Shown here: in pieces, positions 1-13,652 of the stretch
Numbering within the stretch: position 1 is the first letter of the stretch
How the letters are laid out: each line of letters begins with the position of its first letter
From: Lama glama
Taxonomy: Eukaryota
Direction: 5' to 3'
Assembly (NCBI GenBank): GCA_028534125.1
Contig: CM052817.1
Location: forward strand, 76,324,001 to 76,388,000
Length of the DNA: 64,000 nucleotides
Made by a program: the position numbers and the translations under genes
The notes under the pieces: model-generated
What the model was told of the DNA's origin: nothing
The model's input: the letters and a program-made list of their open reading frames with translations, nothing else
Databases searched by the model: none

Positions 1-594
1 GTCTTTAGGATATGCTTGATAACTTACTATTTAATGAGCTGCTTAATTATTTTATCAATCATACCAAAAATTACACCTGTTCATATTTTTTTAATCATGT
101 AATGTTTCTATATGCTTATCACTGAAACTCCAGGTAAAGATACAGATTTGAGGTATGTGAGCAGTGTTAAATATTAAACAGTCCCTATATATGAATATAA
201 AACAGTTTTCCTTACAATTATACCACAAACTCATATTATTGAATAGTTTCAGTTATCAACATACTTGCACATATATTAACTATAATATTAATAGGTAATA
301 GTACATTCAAAAAATGTAAATTCAGACAACTACCACCCATTTTATAAATGTAAAAATAAATTAGTAAATCCAAGTATTGTTAGTCATGCTTCTGGAAATA
401 GCTGTTTTGCTTTGATTGCAGGAATAAAAATCAGTGCAAATTTCCTTAATTCCTATTTGATCATGCACAACAAAAGGCTTTAAACTTGAAAATTCTATTT
501 CCAAAAGTTGTTTCTCAGAAAAATTTAACTGTATATTCCCACCTTCAAATGTGTTTTATAATTATTCTGGGGGATTAATAGTATTGCAGATGAC

Positions 595-1016
595 CCAGGA
601 ATCCCACTCCTGGGCTTGTATCCAGAAGGAAATCTGCTTCAGGATGACACCTGCACTCCAATGTTCATAGCAGCACTATTTACAATAGCCAAAACATGGA
701 AACAGCCTAAATGTCCATCAATAGGTGACTGGATAAAGAAGATGTGGTATATTTATACAATGGAATACTACTCAGCCATAAAAACCGACAACATGGTGCC
801 ATTTGCAGCAACATGGATGCTCCTGGAGAATGTCATTCTAAGTGAAGTGAGCCAGAGGGAGAAGGAAAAATACCATGTGGGATTGCTCATATGTGGAATC
901 TTNNNNNNNNNNNNNNNNNNNNNNNNNNNNNNNNNNNNNNNNNNNNNNNNNNNNNNNNNNNNNNNNNNNNNNNNNNNNNNNNNNNNNNNNNNNNNNNNNN
1001 NNAAAAAATGTTAAAA
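595..1016 (+). mobile_element. 5'-truncated young LINE-1 (ORF2 C-terminus, 3' end hidden in N gap) with 18-bp TSD
   Basis: ORF 616-1014 encodes the L1 ORF2 C-terminal motif CTPMFIAALFTIAKTWKQPKCPS..WIKKMWYIYTMEYYSAIK. The direct repeat aatagtattgcagatgac occurs at 577-594 and 1017-1034, and an A-rich tail follows the gap. Confidence 0.9.
903..1002. other. Assembly gap (100 N)
   Basis: Run of exactly 100 n, a typical placeholder for a gap of unknown size. Confidence 0.98.
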
Positions 1017-1929
1017 AATAGTATTGCAGATGACTTTTATGTTTTTCCTGTAATTTTTCTTACTTTTCTCCTGTGCATATATATTAATTATAATTAGAAA
1101 ATAATAATAATGGCAGAAATTTTTACATTGAAATAGTTTTTGACAATCAACAAAATATTGATAATTATATACATAAGGACAATATTCTCACAATATAAGT
1201 TTTATGATTACTACAATAGTCCACACCTCTGTATACATTAACTCTTCTCTGTTCCTAAGATGCATTGACACGGATGCTGGGATATCAGCATGTGAATATA
1301 CATAGAATACAATAATGTCAGTAAATAACCTTGTGGACATATGTGGACAGAGAACAAAGTCAAGTTAATTTTTCAAAGTGCCTGAGTGAGTGAAAATATT
1401 TTTTGCTTTGGAATCTACATCTTTAAACATAATCCACAGAAAATATTTCCATATATTAAAGGTGAGGCATATATGATATAAAGCTAAAAAGGGATTGTTT
1501 AAAGTGGCGATCTATAATCCTGGAGCCAACCCCCCCACACACACACACACACAGTTTATCTTGGTGGATTAGATCAGGACTTCTGAGAACTAGCATCAAA
1601 AATGATACCATTATCTCATCTTGAACGATAATTTTTTTCCCTTTGTCTTTTCTTTTTCCTTTCTTCTTTTCTCTTTTCTTTTATATTTGATTGTTCTAAA
1701 ATTCCTGGCTATGACCACTAACTTGGATTCAAGAACAATTAATGGGGTCTGATTCCCAGTGTTTAAAATGCTGCTGTACATTTCATGCCTACTGGATTTA
1801 TTTATATACCCTATTCAACACCGAATAATGTCACATTTCTCCTTGTCACAAAATTAACGTGAAAATAGACTTTGAAAATTTTTATAAATCTCTTGTTACT
1901 TGTGAGGGTAAATATTTTAATGTATTTAT

Positions 1930-2450
1930 TAGTCATAAAGAAACAATCAGAAAAATCTATATTAAGGTATGTTCTACAAGACAACTAACCCAAACTATTC
2001 AAATGTGGCAAGTTTGAAAGAAAAATAGAGAGATTGTTTCAGACTAAGTAAGATGAAAGAAAAATAGCAAATTAATATCTTATGAACAACTAGTCTTGAC
2101 TGAATTTTTAAGATATAAAATATATTTTGGAACAAGAAAGTAATATTTAATATGGTCTAGAAATATTACATAATGTAATAAAATTATCATTTATTTTCTT
2201 TTGTGTAATAATGGTATCATGGCTATGTAGAGAATGTCCTTTTTTTGAACATATTGAACATTTTTTTCATATATATTGAAATATTTAGGGTTGAAGTGTC
2301 AGGATGTCTACAGCTTACCTCTACATGGGAGAGAGAAAGGTGAGACTGATTCAGTAAGTAAGATAAAATGTTAATCACTTAAATTTAGGTAGAGGATACA
2401 TGTGTTTATTTTCATAATCTTATTTCTTCTTAATTTTCACATAAAAAGTT
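1930..2450 (+). mobile_element. Old L1 (L1MC/ME-like) 3' UTR fragment
   Basis: Resembles ancient L1MC 3' ends (ttctacaagacaactaaccc..., gtgtaataatggtatcatggctatgtagagaatgtcc..., tgaaatatttaggggttgaagtgtcaggatgtct). Confidence 0.55.
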
Positions 2451-2699
2451 CCGAAATGTATGTTTGTTATTAACTCAATATTCATTCATTACAAAATACT
2501 GAAATATAGAAATTCCCACATATACTTTCTTTGAGCAATTTATGTACATATGGCTTTGTAGCCTGCTGTTTAGACATAAGGTGCATTTTAAACATATTTT
2601 GATTTTGTAATCATTTTGAGAATTTCCATTTTTGCATTCTTTATGAATATGCTCAAAGGCTACTAACATTGCTTGGAAATTATACTAAAACTTCCCTAG

Positions 2700-3530
2700 T
2701 CCATTCATTTCCCCATTCTCCTAGCTGTGTATTCCATGCCTTCTCCTCTCTTAAAATCTTCAAGTACCCATCTCCTCTTCTCACCCTTAAAATGATGAAA
2801 CTGCTCTTTATTTCATTCAGTAAATGTAAGTGATAAGAACAGACCATCCAATGCCACAGTCACACAGATGTATGCGTCCATGCATGTCTGCCACAGAGAT
2901 TATTTTCTTTACTCTTACTCTGGAAACACTGTCCACATCACTGGCTAAGACACATTTCTCCAGTTTTGAACTAGATCATATGACTTATCTCCTACTCAGG
3001 GATATTGTTTTAACAAATGTCTTTTTTTTTTATGCATTATCATCCATTCCTCTTACTGAAAGTTTCCCATCAATATACACATGTTTAAAAAGTTCTCATG
3101 ACAACCTTCTCTCTCTCAGGCTGCCACCCAGTTTTCCTCCCTTCTTCTAGAGAAAAACTTCCACTCTCTTTTGAACACTCCAAATGTCACTGATTTTTTT
3201 TTTAAGGTTATGAGTTACTTCCATGTGGAAATCCACCACGTAAAACTAGACCTATGTTCTAAGGGTGGGTACTGAGGACTCATCTCACTAGACTTAGCAG
3301 CAGCACTTGGTAAGGATAATCAATCTCTTGCTCTAGAAACACTCAACTGGCTTTCATAATATCATATTTAACCTTACTTTATTACTACTTCTTCGGCTTC
3401 TCCTAGTCAGTTTCAAATAATGGTTTGTCTTCTTTCCCATGGTCTCTAAACATTGATGTATTCCAGGGCTCTAACTTTGCACTTCTGTTTGCTATTGGCA
3501 CTGACCCCTTTGGCGATCAAAACCAATAGA
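2700..3530 (+). mobile_element. L2 LINE fragment
   Basis: Degenerate L2 ORF2-like pyrimidine-rich sequence (ctcctactcagggatatt, tcatctcactagacttagcagcagcacttgg, gatgtattccagggctct). Confidence 0.55.
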
Positions 3531-6500
3531 TACCCCTCCATTTCCTTACATCTTTCTTAATTTCTCTCAATAGTATTATGTACATATAATACACTTACAT
3601 ACATATATATGTATATTATGTACTATTATATAAAGAAGTCCTATATAACTTTTCTTAGATTTATTTCCAGACGATTTATAGTTTTCATGCTATTGTATTT
3701 TAAATTGTATTTTGTTAGTGCTTGTGACTGGCACAGGAAGGACAATTGCGAGGTTGATTATGAAAAAAATGTTTCTAAGCAAATGCTATTTAACTGGATT
3801 GAGTATTCTTTAATTATAAGGTCATAAGTTTCTGACTTCATTCTACATTCATTCTAAGTCTTTTTTAAACTAAGTTTCAGTCTCTAAATTACTTTTTGTA
3901 TAAATTCTTTGGGTGTGTACCTTACTTATAACTATAAATTACCTTCCACAATATTATATACATAGTGGACCCTCAAATGCAGTTTGATGTGTGAGTGAAT
4001 AAGAAAAACGTGAATCAGCAGCTCTGAAGAGAGGAATACATACAGGTCTCCATTACTAAATAAATGCAGTATTTAACTGTTATTTGGGTCAATGTTTGCC
4101 AATGGACTTGCAACAGAGATTATATGATAGTAATAGTTTTATTCCATAATTACACCATCTCAGTGGTGTAATTTCTTGTACATAGGAGTTCAATTACATA
4201 CCTGTTGGATTAATAAATTCAACAAGAATAATATATATAATGAGAAGGAAAATAATTATGATGATCTCTATCTAATGAAGGCATGGTGAGAAATAAAAAT
4301 GAAACAAACTCTTCAGAATACAGCAATTTCACCAAATGGAAAAAAAAACAATAGAAAGTGGATGGATCCTAAGTCTGAAAGACAATATGTAATCATTTAA
4401 ATAATTATCATTTAATGTAATACACTTCTTTTATATATCAGACAATATGCTAAGACGTTTACAGAGGTGATCTATTTTAGCCCTCCAGATTCTATCTTGT
4501 TGGGAAGGAGGAAGCTTAGAGATGTTAACATGTCTGAGCTGAGCAACCACTAAGAGACTGCTTGGAACATCTATCTCTAGAGACAATTACTAGCTGTTCC
4601 TCAAGTGTTTGGATTAATTTTTTGAAATATATTTACTTTTCTGAATTCTTACAATGGTCAGACTCTTGCAGCTCAGATTCTAAGTTCAGATCAATTGATA
4701 AATAAGCAATAAATCTAACCTGAGTAACACGTGAATCACTGGGCTCAGAGTTTGACTTGTTAATGGCACTACTTATTCTCTGCACAATGTAACTCTGTAG
4801 GGAATTCCCATTCCAGTTGTAATAATTGTTGATTTTTCAAAAATAAGTTCAATCTAAAACAAGCACAAAAACAGGTCAAGAAAGCACCTTAAGATAGGGT
4901 ACACCTATAAATATCTAAGAAAAATCTAATCTAAATATTCTGAAATTGTGTTTCATATAAGAAAGAAAGATTTCTTTACTAAAAATCATGTATTTTCCAT
5001 AAAGAATACAGCCCATACTGCTTAGCCAGGATTCACACATTGTCAGCTGAAAGACAGTTAATGTACATGCAATTTTATTGGACAATGAGACAGCTGCATT
5101 GCCTTACAGTCAAGACAATGGATAAAAACTTCACTCCAAAACTTAATCACAAAGCACAGCTTAGCAAAATTTTGAATTGCAAAATAATACACGATTCATA
5201 TCAGATCTGGGTAAACCTTTCATTTTTGTTTCTGTTAATCTTCTGACAAAAACAGCTTGTCAGTTTTGTATGAGAAAGTAAAAGTGCTTTCAAGTGAATT
5301 TATTTCTGACAAAGTAGATCTTAAATCACTTTTTGAATCTTGCTATTTGACCATTAATCCTATATATGATTATATATTGCATATATATGCTACATATTTA
5401 TATTTATAAAATAAATTTATTGAAGGTTTATGTTTCTAGGTTTAACAAGCCCTAGCTTGTCTCAATTGTCAGTTTTATATTCAACAATGTACTAGAAAGT
5501 AAACACAGATTTATGGTAGTTCAAGGGAAGGCTTTCTCACATTAGTTTAAACCAAAACTATATTCAGATCACTTTCTGTTGGGAAATCTACAAGCTTGGT
5601 CTCCCTTCTGCACTGCCCACCTATCCCCACTGCGTATCTACATAAGGGTTGGCCAGCTTTGCCCAAGGATCTCTTAGAGCGCTCTCTGCCTCACACATCA
5701 ATCATCCCTAGTCATCACTTTCAGAACAGAGTCTGTCCATCTTCTGATTGAGCAATACTTAGAAGTATGACAATTTTCTGAATTATAGAACAATAAATAA
5801 GGAGTATGTTTTAGCAGATATTATGAACGTTACAACTAAAAAAAGACATTAAAATAGATGTCCGAGATGCACCCTAACTCAGAATCTTCTAACACCCAGA
5901 TTTATCAACTGTACTTACTAAAATTTAAATTTATTAATGGTTTTCATTTTTTTCCAGAATGCTGTAGCATTTGTTCTTAAATGATTACACCAAACTATTG
6001 GAACCAACTCAAGGGAACTTATGCATTTATCATTATACAAAAGAAAATTCAACATTTTACTAAAACCATATTAATCTGCTTAGTTTATAATATTTCCTTC
6101 AGTTTATAATATTTCCTCTTGGGCTGTGAATTAATTGTCTAAATGAGAGTTTGGGCAGTTCTCCAAATAAGTGAAACAGTTTACAGTGCTTCCTGCCATA
6201 ATGGTTTCCTGTTTAGACATTTAGACACTGTCAGAAAAAGATGATTTAAGGTTTTAAGCATCCAGCCAGTTTTCTCTGTTCATATAACATCTCTAAAAAG
6301 TTAAAATGTGATCCTCACCAAGGCATATTTCTAATTTGATGACATAAAAGAAAATTATAATATAGTTTCATTGTTGTCATTTTACTCTTGATAAATGTCT
6401 CACACAAAATACATAAAAACGTTAAAATCATGAATGATAAACAATAAATTTTTTCTTACTCTATTATTTAATACATATACTAATATAGAGATGAAAAAAG

Positions 6501-7020
6501 GATAATATAGACTAACATCTACTTGAACCAGTTTTCTTTGTTACTCCTTACTCCTATTTGTGTTATTCTGTACCCTTGTTTCTTCAGCCATTCTGATTGA
6601 ACCAACCCTCTCTTTAACTTTCCTCTCTTGATCTTTATATTCATATTCCAAATCAAAAGCAAGGAAGGAATAGTGGAGAGGAAGCTTTGATTTAGTTATC
6701 ACACATGAAGGGAACAAGAATCATCTAACACATTATGAACAGTGAGATAAGTAGTCAGTAAGATGATACTTGTTGCCATATTGATAAATATTGATCTCTC
6801 TTTATAATAATCATAAAGAAATAACACTTCAACTTAGTCTCATTTTTATCTATTTAAGAAAATATCTGCATTGGCAAAATAGTAATTATTATTATTTTCT
6901 AAATTTTATAAAAAGTCTGAAAAAATTCTCCACAAATCTCTCTATCCAAGTTACTAGAATGTTCAACATTTCAAATATGCTGATCATCTATATTTTTTTG
7001 ACCAATGAAAAATATGACAT

Positions 7021-7188
7021 GCTAGCCACTATGTATAAAAATAGACTAAAAAACAAATTTCTTCTGCATAGCACAGGGAATTATATTCAGTATCTTGTAG
7101 TAACCTATAATGAAAGAGAATCAGAAAACAAATATATGTAAGTATATGCATGACTGAAACATGCTGTACACCAGAAATTGACACATTG
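7021..7188 (+). mobile_element. Short L1 3' UTR fragment (young lineage)
   Basis: tagcacagggaattatattcagtatcttgtagtaacctataatga...tgctgtacaccagaaattgacacattg matches the 3' UTRs at 26340-26530 and 29582-29765. Confidence 0.8.
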
Positions 7189-7699
7189 CTATCTTGGTAA
7201 CTCAGTTAAATCATATATACTGAACATATTATATGTCAGCCTCTAATCTAGGCACTGATCGTATATTGATGGGAAAAAGAGTAGAATTGAGACAAAATCC
7301 AGACTTTATCCAACCCACAATTCTTATCCTACTTTTCCTATTAACTGATTTCTGACCTTAGAGTGATAGGGTTTTTGTTTTTGCACTCACATAGTTTGTC
7401 TTGACCTACATTTTGACACTCAAACTTCTTCCAGAGTTTCCCTTTGTTCCTTTCCTGACTTAATCATTACATAAATGTGACTCCTGATGATGCCACCATT
7501 AGTCACCCTTGCTGTCTTTTTGGATCTCTAGGTTTCACCTATTTGGGTCGTTTGGACTCAATTAACTCTGTTTCTCAAAATAAAATATGTTAATTATTGT
7601 ATTCTCTAGATTGTGGAGATTTCTGTGATTTTTTTTCCTACAGCTATTTTATAGTAGTAAGTGTATTATAGTTAATAAATAGCAAATATTTTAAAAGGC

Positions 7700-8150
7700 T
7701 AAACAAAATTGCTGCTAGGAAAGCGCTAGAGAGAAAATGAAGGTGGAGAATCAGAAGGAGTAACTGATGTAACAACGTCTGTGTGGAGCCAGGAGCACAT
7801 GTGATCTTGACAAGGGCACCGAGACTCATATAAAACAGAAGAAAGCTCTTTTCCTTTGGTATAGAGAACAAGAAGGTAAGAACACTTGTGGAAGCAGATT
7901 TCTTATATATGGAGTTTAGGAGGTTCTGCCTAATGGTCTCTCTGAGATGTAGGAATTGAGCTTTTCTGCTGAGAACTAGGCAATTTGATGTGAATGGAAA
8001 AAAAATTGAAACCAATTTGATAAAGAAATGGGAAAGAGTTCTGACCAGAAAGACTGCAAGGTGGAGTTTAGGGTCCTGTTGGGATTGAGACCCTATGACT
8101 TGCAGTAGCGCCAAATAGTGAGGCTGTTGGATGTTTCCAGGCAGTCTCGG
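7700..8150 (-). mobile_element. L2 LINE fragment (antisense)
   Basis: Purine-rich degenerate L2-like sequence (gaaggtaagaacacttgtggaagcagat...tggagtttaggaggttctgcctaatggtctct). Confidence 0.45.
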
Positions 8151-9379
8151 CAGCACTTAGGAGCCTGCTGATAACTGCACCGTGAAAAGGTATTCCAAGA
8201 AACATTTAGAAGGAGTAGAGGAATTTCTCTCTGTAACTTGGCAGACGTTTGTTACTGAAATTGAGAATAATATTTAACTTTGTTTCATAGAAAACAGAGT
8301 AAAATGTAAGCTAATCTGTCACATAATATCAATGCTTTAATAAAAATCTGTGTATAAGTCTCTCTGGAGATATAAACTTTCCCACTAGAAAAATTCATGA
8401 ATAATTTTTTTATCGTGGTTTATCGGACAGATACACACACAGACTGTTAACTAAAATAATGAAGTATTTTTAGATCATATTTTGAACTAATATTCTACAT
8501 TTGAATATTTATTTCAGTAATACCATAAAACTCTTAAAGATGCTCAAGTTAGAGTGTTGAGTTTTAAGTTACAAATACTACATTTCATTTCTGCTCCAGT
8601 CTTGGGAAGAAACAGATGCAGGAAAATAAATCTCCAATATAGGCAAATCAATGGCCAGACAAACCTCTTAACAGAAACTACTCTACTCCCAGCTCCCCAA
8701 GGGCAGATCTCCTATGTGGACCTACCAGATGTGCTTGAGCTCACCTCTGAAAAGTGGTACCCAGAATGGTATTATAATCTGGAGATAAAAGAGAAAGAAG
8801 ATCCTCTGAACACCAATCTAAATAGGTTATAAAAAAAAGGATAGGTAGACCTTGGTTCTTAACTATGGAATGTTAACATCATTAATAAATAAAACCTGGG
8901 CTTCTCAGCATCTTAGAAACCTTCAATTAGAGAATCTAGAGCAGCTGGTGTTGGATGATTGGCCACAGAGCAAGGCAGAAACAAGAGAATGAGGATAAAC
9001 AGAGAGAGGACTAGGAAGCAGCGAAGATGGCGGAGGACACTCGTAGTTCACCCTCTGCCACAAGTACACCGAGAGACATCCATGGACCCACCCGTTCATT
9101 CAGAACACCTGCTGAACTTTGACAGAATATCACCTTCTCCAAAAGACAAAATTTCTCACAAATCTGGTAAGACGAAAAAAAGAAGAAAAACGAAACTAGT
9201 GTGGGACCTGTCCCACGGGAAGGGAGCAGCAAAGGAGAAACAGGACTCATATGCTGGGCCTCCCCCAGAGGTCAGAGGGGATGGGGGTTGGGGAGGGGGA
9301 ACCTCCGAGGCTCGCATCTGTGTACAGCAGCCCTTGGCCAACAGAACTAAGTGAACCGGGTACAAAGGGTCCCTGTGGT

Positions 9380-10200
9380 CCCCAGCCCTAGGCGCGAGCA
9401 GGCGGGGTGTGGGCTGGGACTGGCTTCCTGAGAGGAGCCGGCGGAAGGCTGGGGGCTGATGGCGCAGAGGCAGCCTCAGGCAACTGGTGTGTGCTGTGCG
9501 CTGTGGCTGGGAGTTTATACAGAACAGAACACCCCGAGTCCCCCATTAAAAGGAAAAAAGAAAAAAAAGAGAAAGAAAGAAAGCCACACTGCTGGTTGAG
9601 GGGAGGGGCGCAGTGCGGCTGGGCCGTAGCCGTTGTCTCCTCAGACCCGCGGCACCGTCACCGGCGCTTCTCTGGAGAAGAGAGGTGGGGCTCGCCACAG
9701 CCACCATGTTACCTGGTGCGCCGCTGGACTCTGAGGCGGAGGTGGGGTTGAAACCTGAATCCACACGCAGGGGCTCCACAACTTTACAGGCAGGACTGAG
9801 AGTTGTTTACAGCCCCAGGCAGAGGGCACCATTTTGCTCCACGGGTGCCTTTGTGTACCTGTGCCTCTAAGACAAAGGAGCAAGGAGCGGAGTTCTGGTA
9901 CCCAGCTGGGACCGGGGCTTGTGCAGCCGTCTCTTGGGAGCCCACTTACCGTGCGTGGACGCGCGCTGGGGACGGCGCCGACCCTGTGTGTGACCCACGG
10001 GCCTCGTGATGAACGAGCGGAGTTCACGCAGGAGGGCGTGTGCAGGGCCGGCGCAGCCGCTGGGGGCTGGGGGCTGGGGGCTGGGGGCCCTCCCTGCGCA
10101 GGACTAAGATGAATGAGCAGAGTTCACACAGCAGGGCGAGTGCAGGGCCGGCCTTTGGTGCTGGGAACGGCGCTGACTGGAGAGTGTGCCAGGATCAGGT
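9380..10200 (+). promoter_or_regulatory. CpG-island-like L1 5' UTR internal promoter with internal repeats
   Basis: High GC and many CpGs against an AT-rich background. Repeated unit gatgaacgagcggagttcacgcaggagggcgtgtgcagggccggc (10008-10052) recurs at 10108-10152. Confidence 0.75.
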
Positions 10201-10717
10201 ATGTGACCCAGAAGTCAGCAAAACTGCACTGGCAGCCCTGAGGGCAGAGAACCTGGGGGACACCAGAGCAGTGCAGTGACATTCCTGTGGCTAAAGCAGG
10301 GACAAGGACAGGGTCAACAAAAGAGGACTTAATGTGCTCCAAACCCACCTACCACATACCACAGCTCAGAAATGGGTCTGGAAGCCTCCATTCCAACAAA
10401 AGGGGAGCAGAACTGGTCCCCATCAGGTCTATGACAACCACAGAACAAAAAAGAGGCCCCACTCAACAACCAGGGCAGGCTCTCATCACCACAACACCGG
10501 CCACACCCCCAGTCAAAGGGATACCAGCCAACACACACAGAAGAAAGACATGGCAGCCATCCATAATAAAAACAGACCTTGCAACAAGATTACTAGAGGT
10601 GCATGGTCTACACAAGAGCACATCTTCTTTATAAAACGAACAACAAAAAAATCCGTTCGAGACCACAGTAGATAACTGATACTCCATAATCCATATTGCC
10701 AGAGAGATATAAGTAAA

Positions 10718-11605
10718 AGGAAGAAGCTGAGGAACTACTCCCAATTAAAAGAACAAGAAAAATCCCCTGAAAGAACAATCAATGAAATAGACCTCGATAG
10801 TTACTAGATCATGACTTCACAAGGGAGGTTATGAAAGCACTGAAGGAAATAAAAGAGACTATGAATAGAGACAGAGAACACTATAAAAAGCAAATTGAAA
10901 CTATAAAGAGGAGCCAATTAAAAACAGACAACTCAATGACTGAGATAAGAGTTGAACTAAAGGAAGTCAAGACTAGACAATGTCAGACTAGACAATGCAG
11001 AGGAATGAATAAGTGACTTAGAAGACAGGATAAGAGTAGTCATAGACAGAAAAGAAAGTAAAAACCAATGAAAGCAATATAAGGGACCTATGGGATAATA
11101 TAAAGCATGCCAACCTGTGCATAATACGGGTCCCAGAAGGAGAAGAAAGAGCAAAGGAGATAGAAAAGGTATTTGAAGCAATCATGACTAAAAACTCCCC
11201 AAGCCTAAAGAAGGAATCACATATCCAAGTACAGGAAGCATAGGCGGTCCCCAACAGGAAGAACCCAAACAGACCTACACCAAGACATATGATAATTAAG
11301 ATGGCCAAGTTCAAAAATAAAGAAAGGATTCTAAAGGCAGCAACAGAAAAACGAAGAGTTAGTTACAAGGGAACCCCCATAACGCTTTTAGCTGATTTCT
11401 CAACACAGACATTGCAGGCCAGAAGGGAGTGGCAAGATATATTCAAAACCCTGAATGAGAAAAAGTTGCAGCCTAGAATACTCTATCCAGCAAGGCTATC
11501 CTTTAGAGTAGAAGGAGAGATAAAAGAATTTCAGAGACAAGCAAAAACAAAGAATTCAGCAGTAATAAACCTATGCTAAAAGAAATATTGAAAAGTCTAC
11601 TCTAA
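10718..11605 (+). pseudogene. L1 ORF1 (disrupted)
   Basis: (M>R)KKLRNYSQLKEQEKSPE...; ORF 11289-11579 IIKMAKFKNKERILKAATEK...ADFSTQTLQARREWQDIFKTLNEKKLQPRILYPARLSF. Frameshifts and stops present; ends LKSLL* at 11605. Confidence 0.9.
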
Positions 11606-11999
11606 ATAGAAAAGAAACAGGACACTATAGAAAGGAGAAAACCATAATTGGAAAGGTGATAACTACAATGAATGACAACAGAATAAACATGAAGATGTAA
11701 AAGAGGACATCAAAATCATTAAAAGTGGGAGAGGGGAGCAAAAAAATACATAATTTTTTCTTTTTTTTGTTCTGCTTAGGATGTGTTTGAGCTTATATGA
11801 ATATCAATTTAAAGCAAATAGCTATGGTTATGGGTTAATATACTTGAAAAACAGGGTAACCCCAAATTAAAATCATAACATAGAGTCATGAAACCCAAAA
11901 AGAAACCAAGACAATATGAAAGAAAATTATCAAATCATAAAAAGAAAAAGAAAAAGGAACAAAGAGGAAATACTAAATCAACTGGAAAACTAAGTTCAA

Positions 12000-12548
12000 A
12001 TGGCAAGAAACACACATCTATCAATAATTACTGTAAATGTCAATGAACTAAATGCTCCAGTCAAAAGACACAGAGTGGCAGATTGGATAGTAGAATAAGA
12101 ACCCTCAATATGCTGCATACAAGATACCCACTTTAGGGAGAAGGACACACATAGATTGAAAGTGAGAGGATGGAAAAAGGTATTTCATGCAAATGGAAAC
12201 AACAAGAAAGCAGGAGTAGCAATTCTGATTTCAGACAAAACAGACTTTAAAACAAAGGCCATTAAGAAAGATAAAGAAAGACAGTATATAATGATTAAAG
12301 GAACAACAAAAGATGAGGTTATTTCTCTTTTTAACATATATACACCCAACACAGGAGCACGTAAATTCATAAAGCAAATACTAACAGACATAAAGGGAGA
12401 AATTTATGGGAACACAATCATAGTAGGAGACTTTAACACCCCATTAACATCGTTGAACAGGTCTTCCAGACAGACAATCAATAAGGTGATGGAGATACTA
12501 AATGGCACAATAAAACAGTTGGACTCAGTTGATATTTTTAGGGTGTTG
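12000..12548 (+). pseudogene. L1 ORF2 APE-type endonuclease domain (truncated, with in-frame stop)
   Basis: ATG at 12000: MARNTHLSIITVNVNELNAPVKRHRVADWI..*, then KVRGWKKVFHANGNNKKAGVAILISDK...IIVGDFNTPL. Confidence 0.9.
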
Positions 12549-13652
12549 TACTGTACACCAGAAACTGACACATTGTAACTGATTGTACTTAAGTTAAAAA
12601 AAAAATTTTTAATTAAAAAAAATAGAAAAGGAATAAATTTCCCCCCATGGGTCAAGAGGGAAATTTTAAAAAAGAGAGCAACGTTCTCCTCAACGTTTAT
12701 TGAATCAGAGAACAAAGACTGAATATTAACACAGCTCACAGATGACAAGCACAGTAACGCTTGAGAACCAGAGATCTGAAAGAAAAGCTAATCAGCAATC
12801 TGTCCAGATTTCTTCCAAATAATAATGATCTCAGTGACAATTTTGGCATAAAATGAAAAGAAACCAATTTATTGTCACATTATCACATGAGTGCCTTATA
12901 TCCTTGCAAATATTTTGTTATTGACCGAAGTTAAGGTCTTATATTTTAGAGTAAATATGCACAATATTCTGCTGTGAAATTTTGGGAGCGCCCCAAAGCT
13001 TATTCCAACTGAAAAGCATCTATTCTTACATTAAATGGGTCTCAGTGGTGATTAAAAAATATTAATTGCAAAAATATGAATGGTATAAATAATTAAATAC
13101 CTAACAAGTCTGATTTAATATTGTTATCTAAAACTGCTAAAAATACAACACTAAATAATTTGTTGTAAATTTACAATTATATAGACTGAATTTCCTTTAT
13201 GTTAAAAATCTTAGAAATATAGTAAAAATAAAATACCAAATAGCAAAAATGTATCTCTTTTGAAATTTTTATTTTAATTACAGAGACAGGTTTATTTCAT
13301 TTTTCAGGAGACAGTGATTTACATTTATTAATTCTCTTAAATTAACATTTTTCTAGTTTTATAAGAATTTCAGCTCTTTGTCTAAAATTGTTTGTTTTAT
13401 GTGTAGTTCACTCTACCTAACTATGTATCTTAGAATCTTTGATTTATAAGATCTGGGCTTCCTTAAATTCCTGTATTTTTCACTGACAACATTTTAGAAT
13501 ATTTTTTCCTTCTGAAATCCCAGTATGTCTTTCCTAAGGATGCATTAGCTTTATCAGAAGTCAGAATAAATCCATAATATAGCCAGAAGATAAAAATATC
13601 AACTAATTGATTATTAGAAATGAATATATTCTGCTTTTAAGGTGCTTAGAAA

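Larger units (their letters stand above)
9015..12625 (+). mobile_element. LINE-1 with full 5' UTR, ORF1, inter-ORF spacer and ORF2 endonuclease joined directly to a 3' tail
   Basis: YY1-type aagatggcgg at 9024-9033; GC/CpG-rich 5' UTR; ORF1 and EN homology; 3' tail ctgtacaccagaaactgacacattgtaactg plus poly(A) at 12551-12625. Confidence 0.9.

Noticed and set aside
6082..6117. 17-bp direct repeat agtttataatatttcct x2
   Set aside because: A simple local tandem duplication, not an array or TSD.
7644..8156. 170-aa minus-strand ORF, the longest in the track
   Set aside because: It is Leu/Phe-rich low-information sequence overlapping an L2-like fragment, with no domain or splice support.
8959..10744. 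Cluster of overlapping 70-130 aa ORFs on both strands
   Set aside because: They lie in the GC-rich L1 5' UTR, where stops are scarce, and show no recognisable protein similarity.
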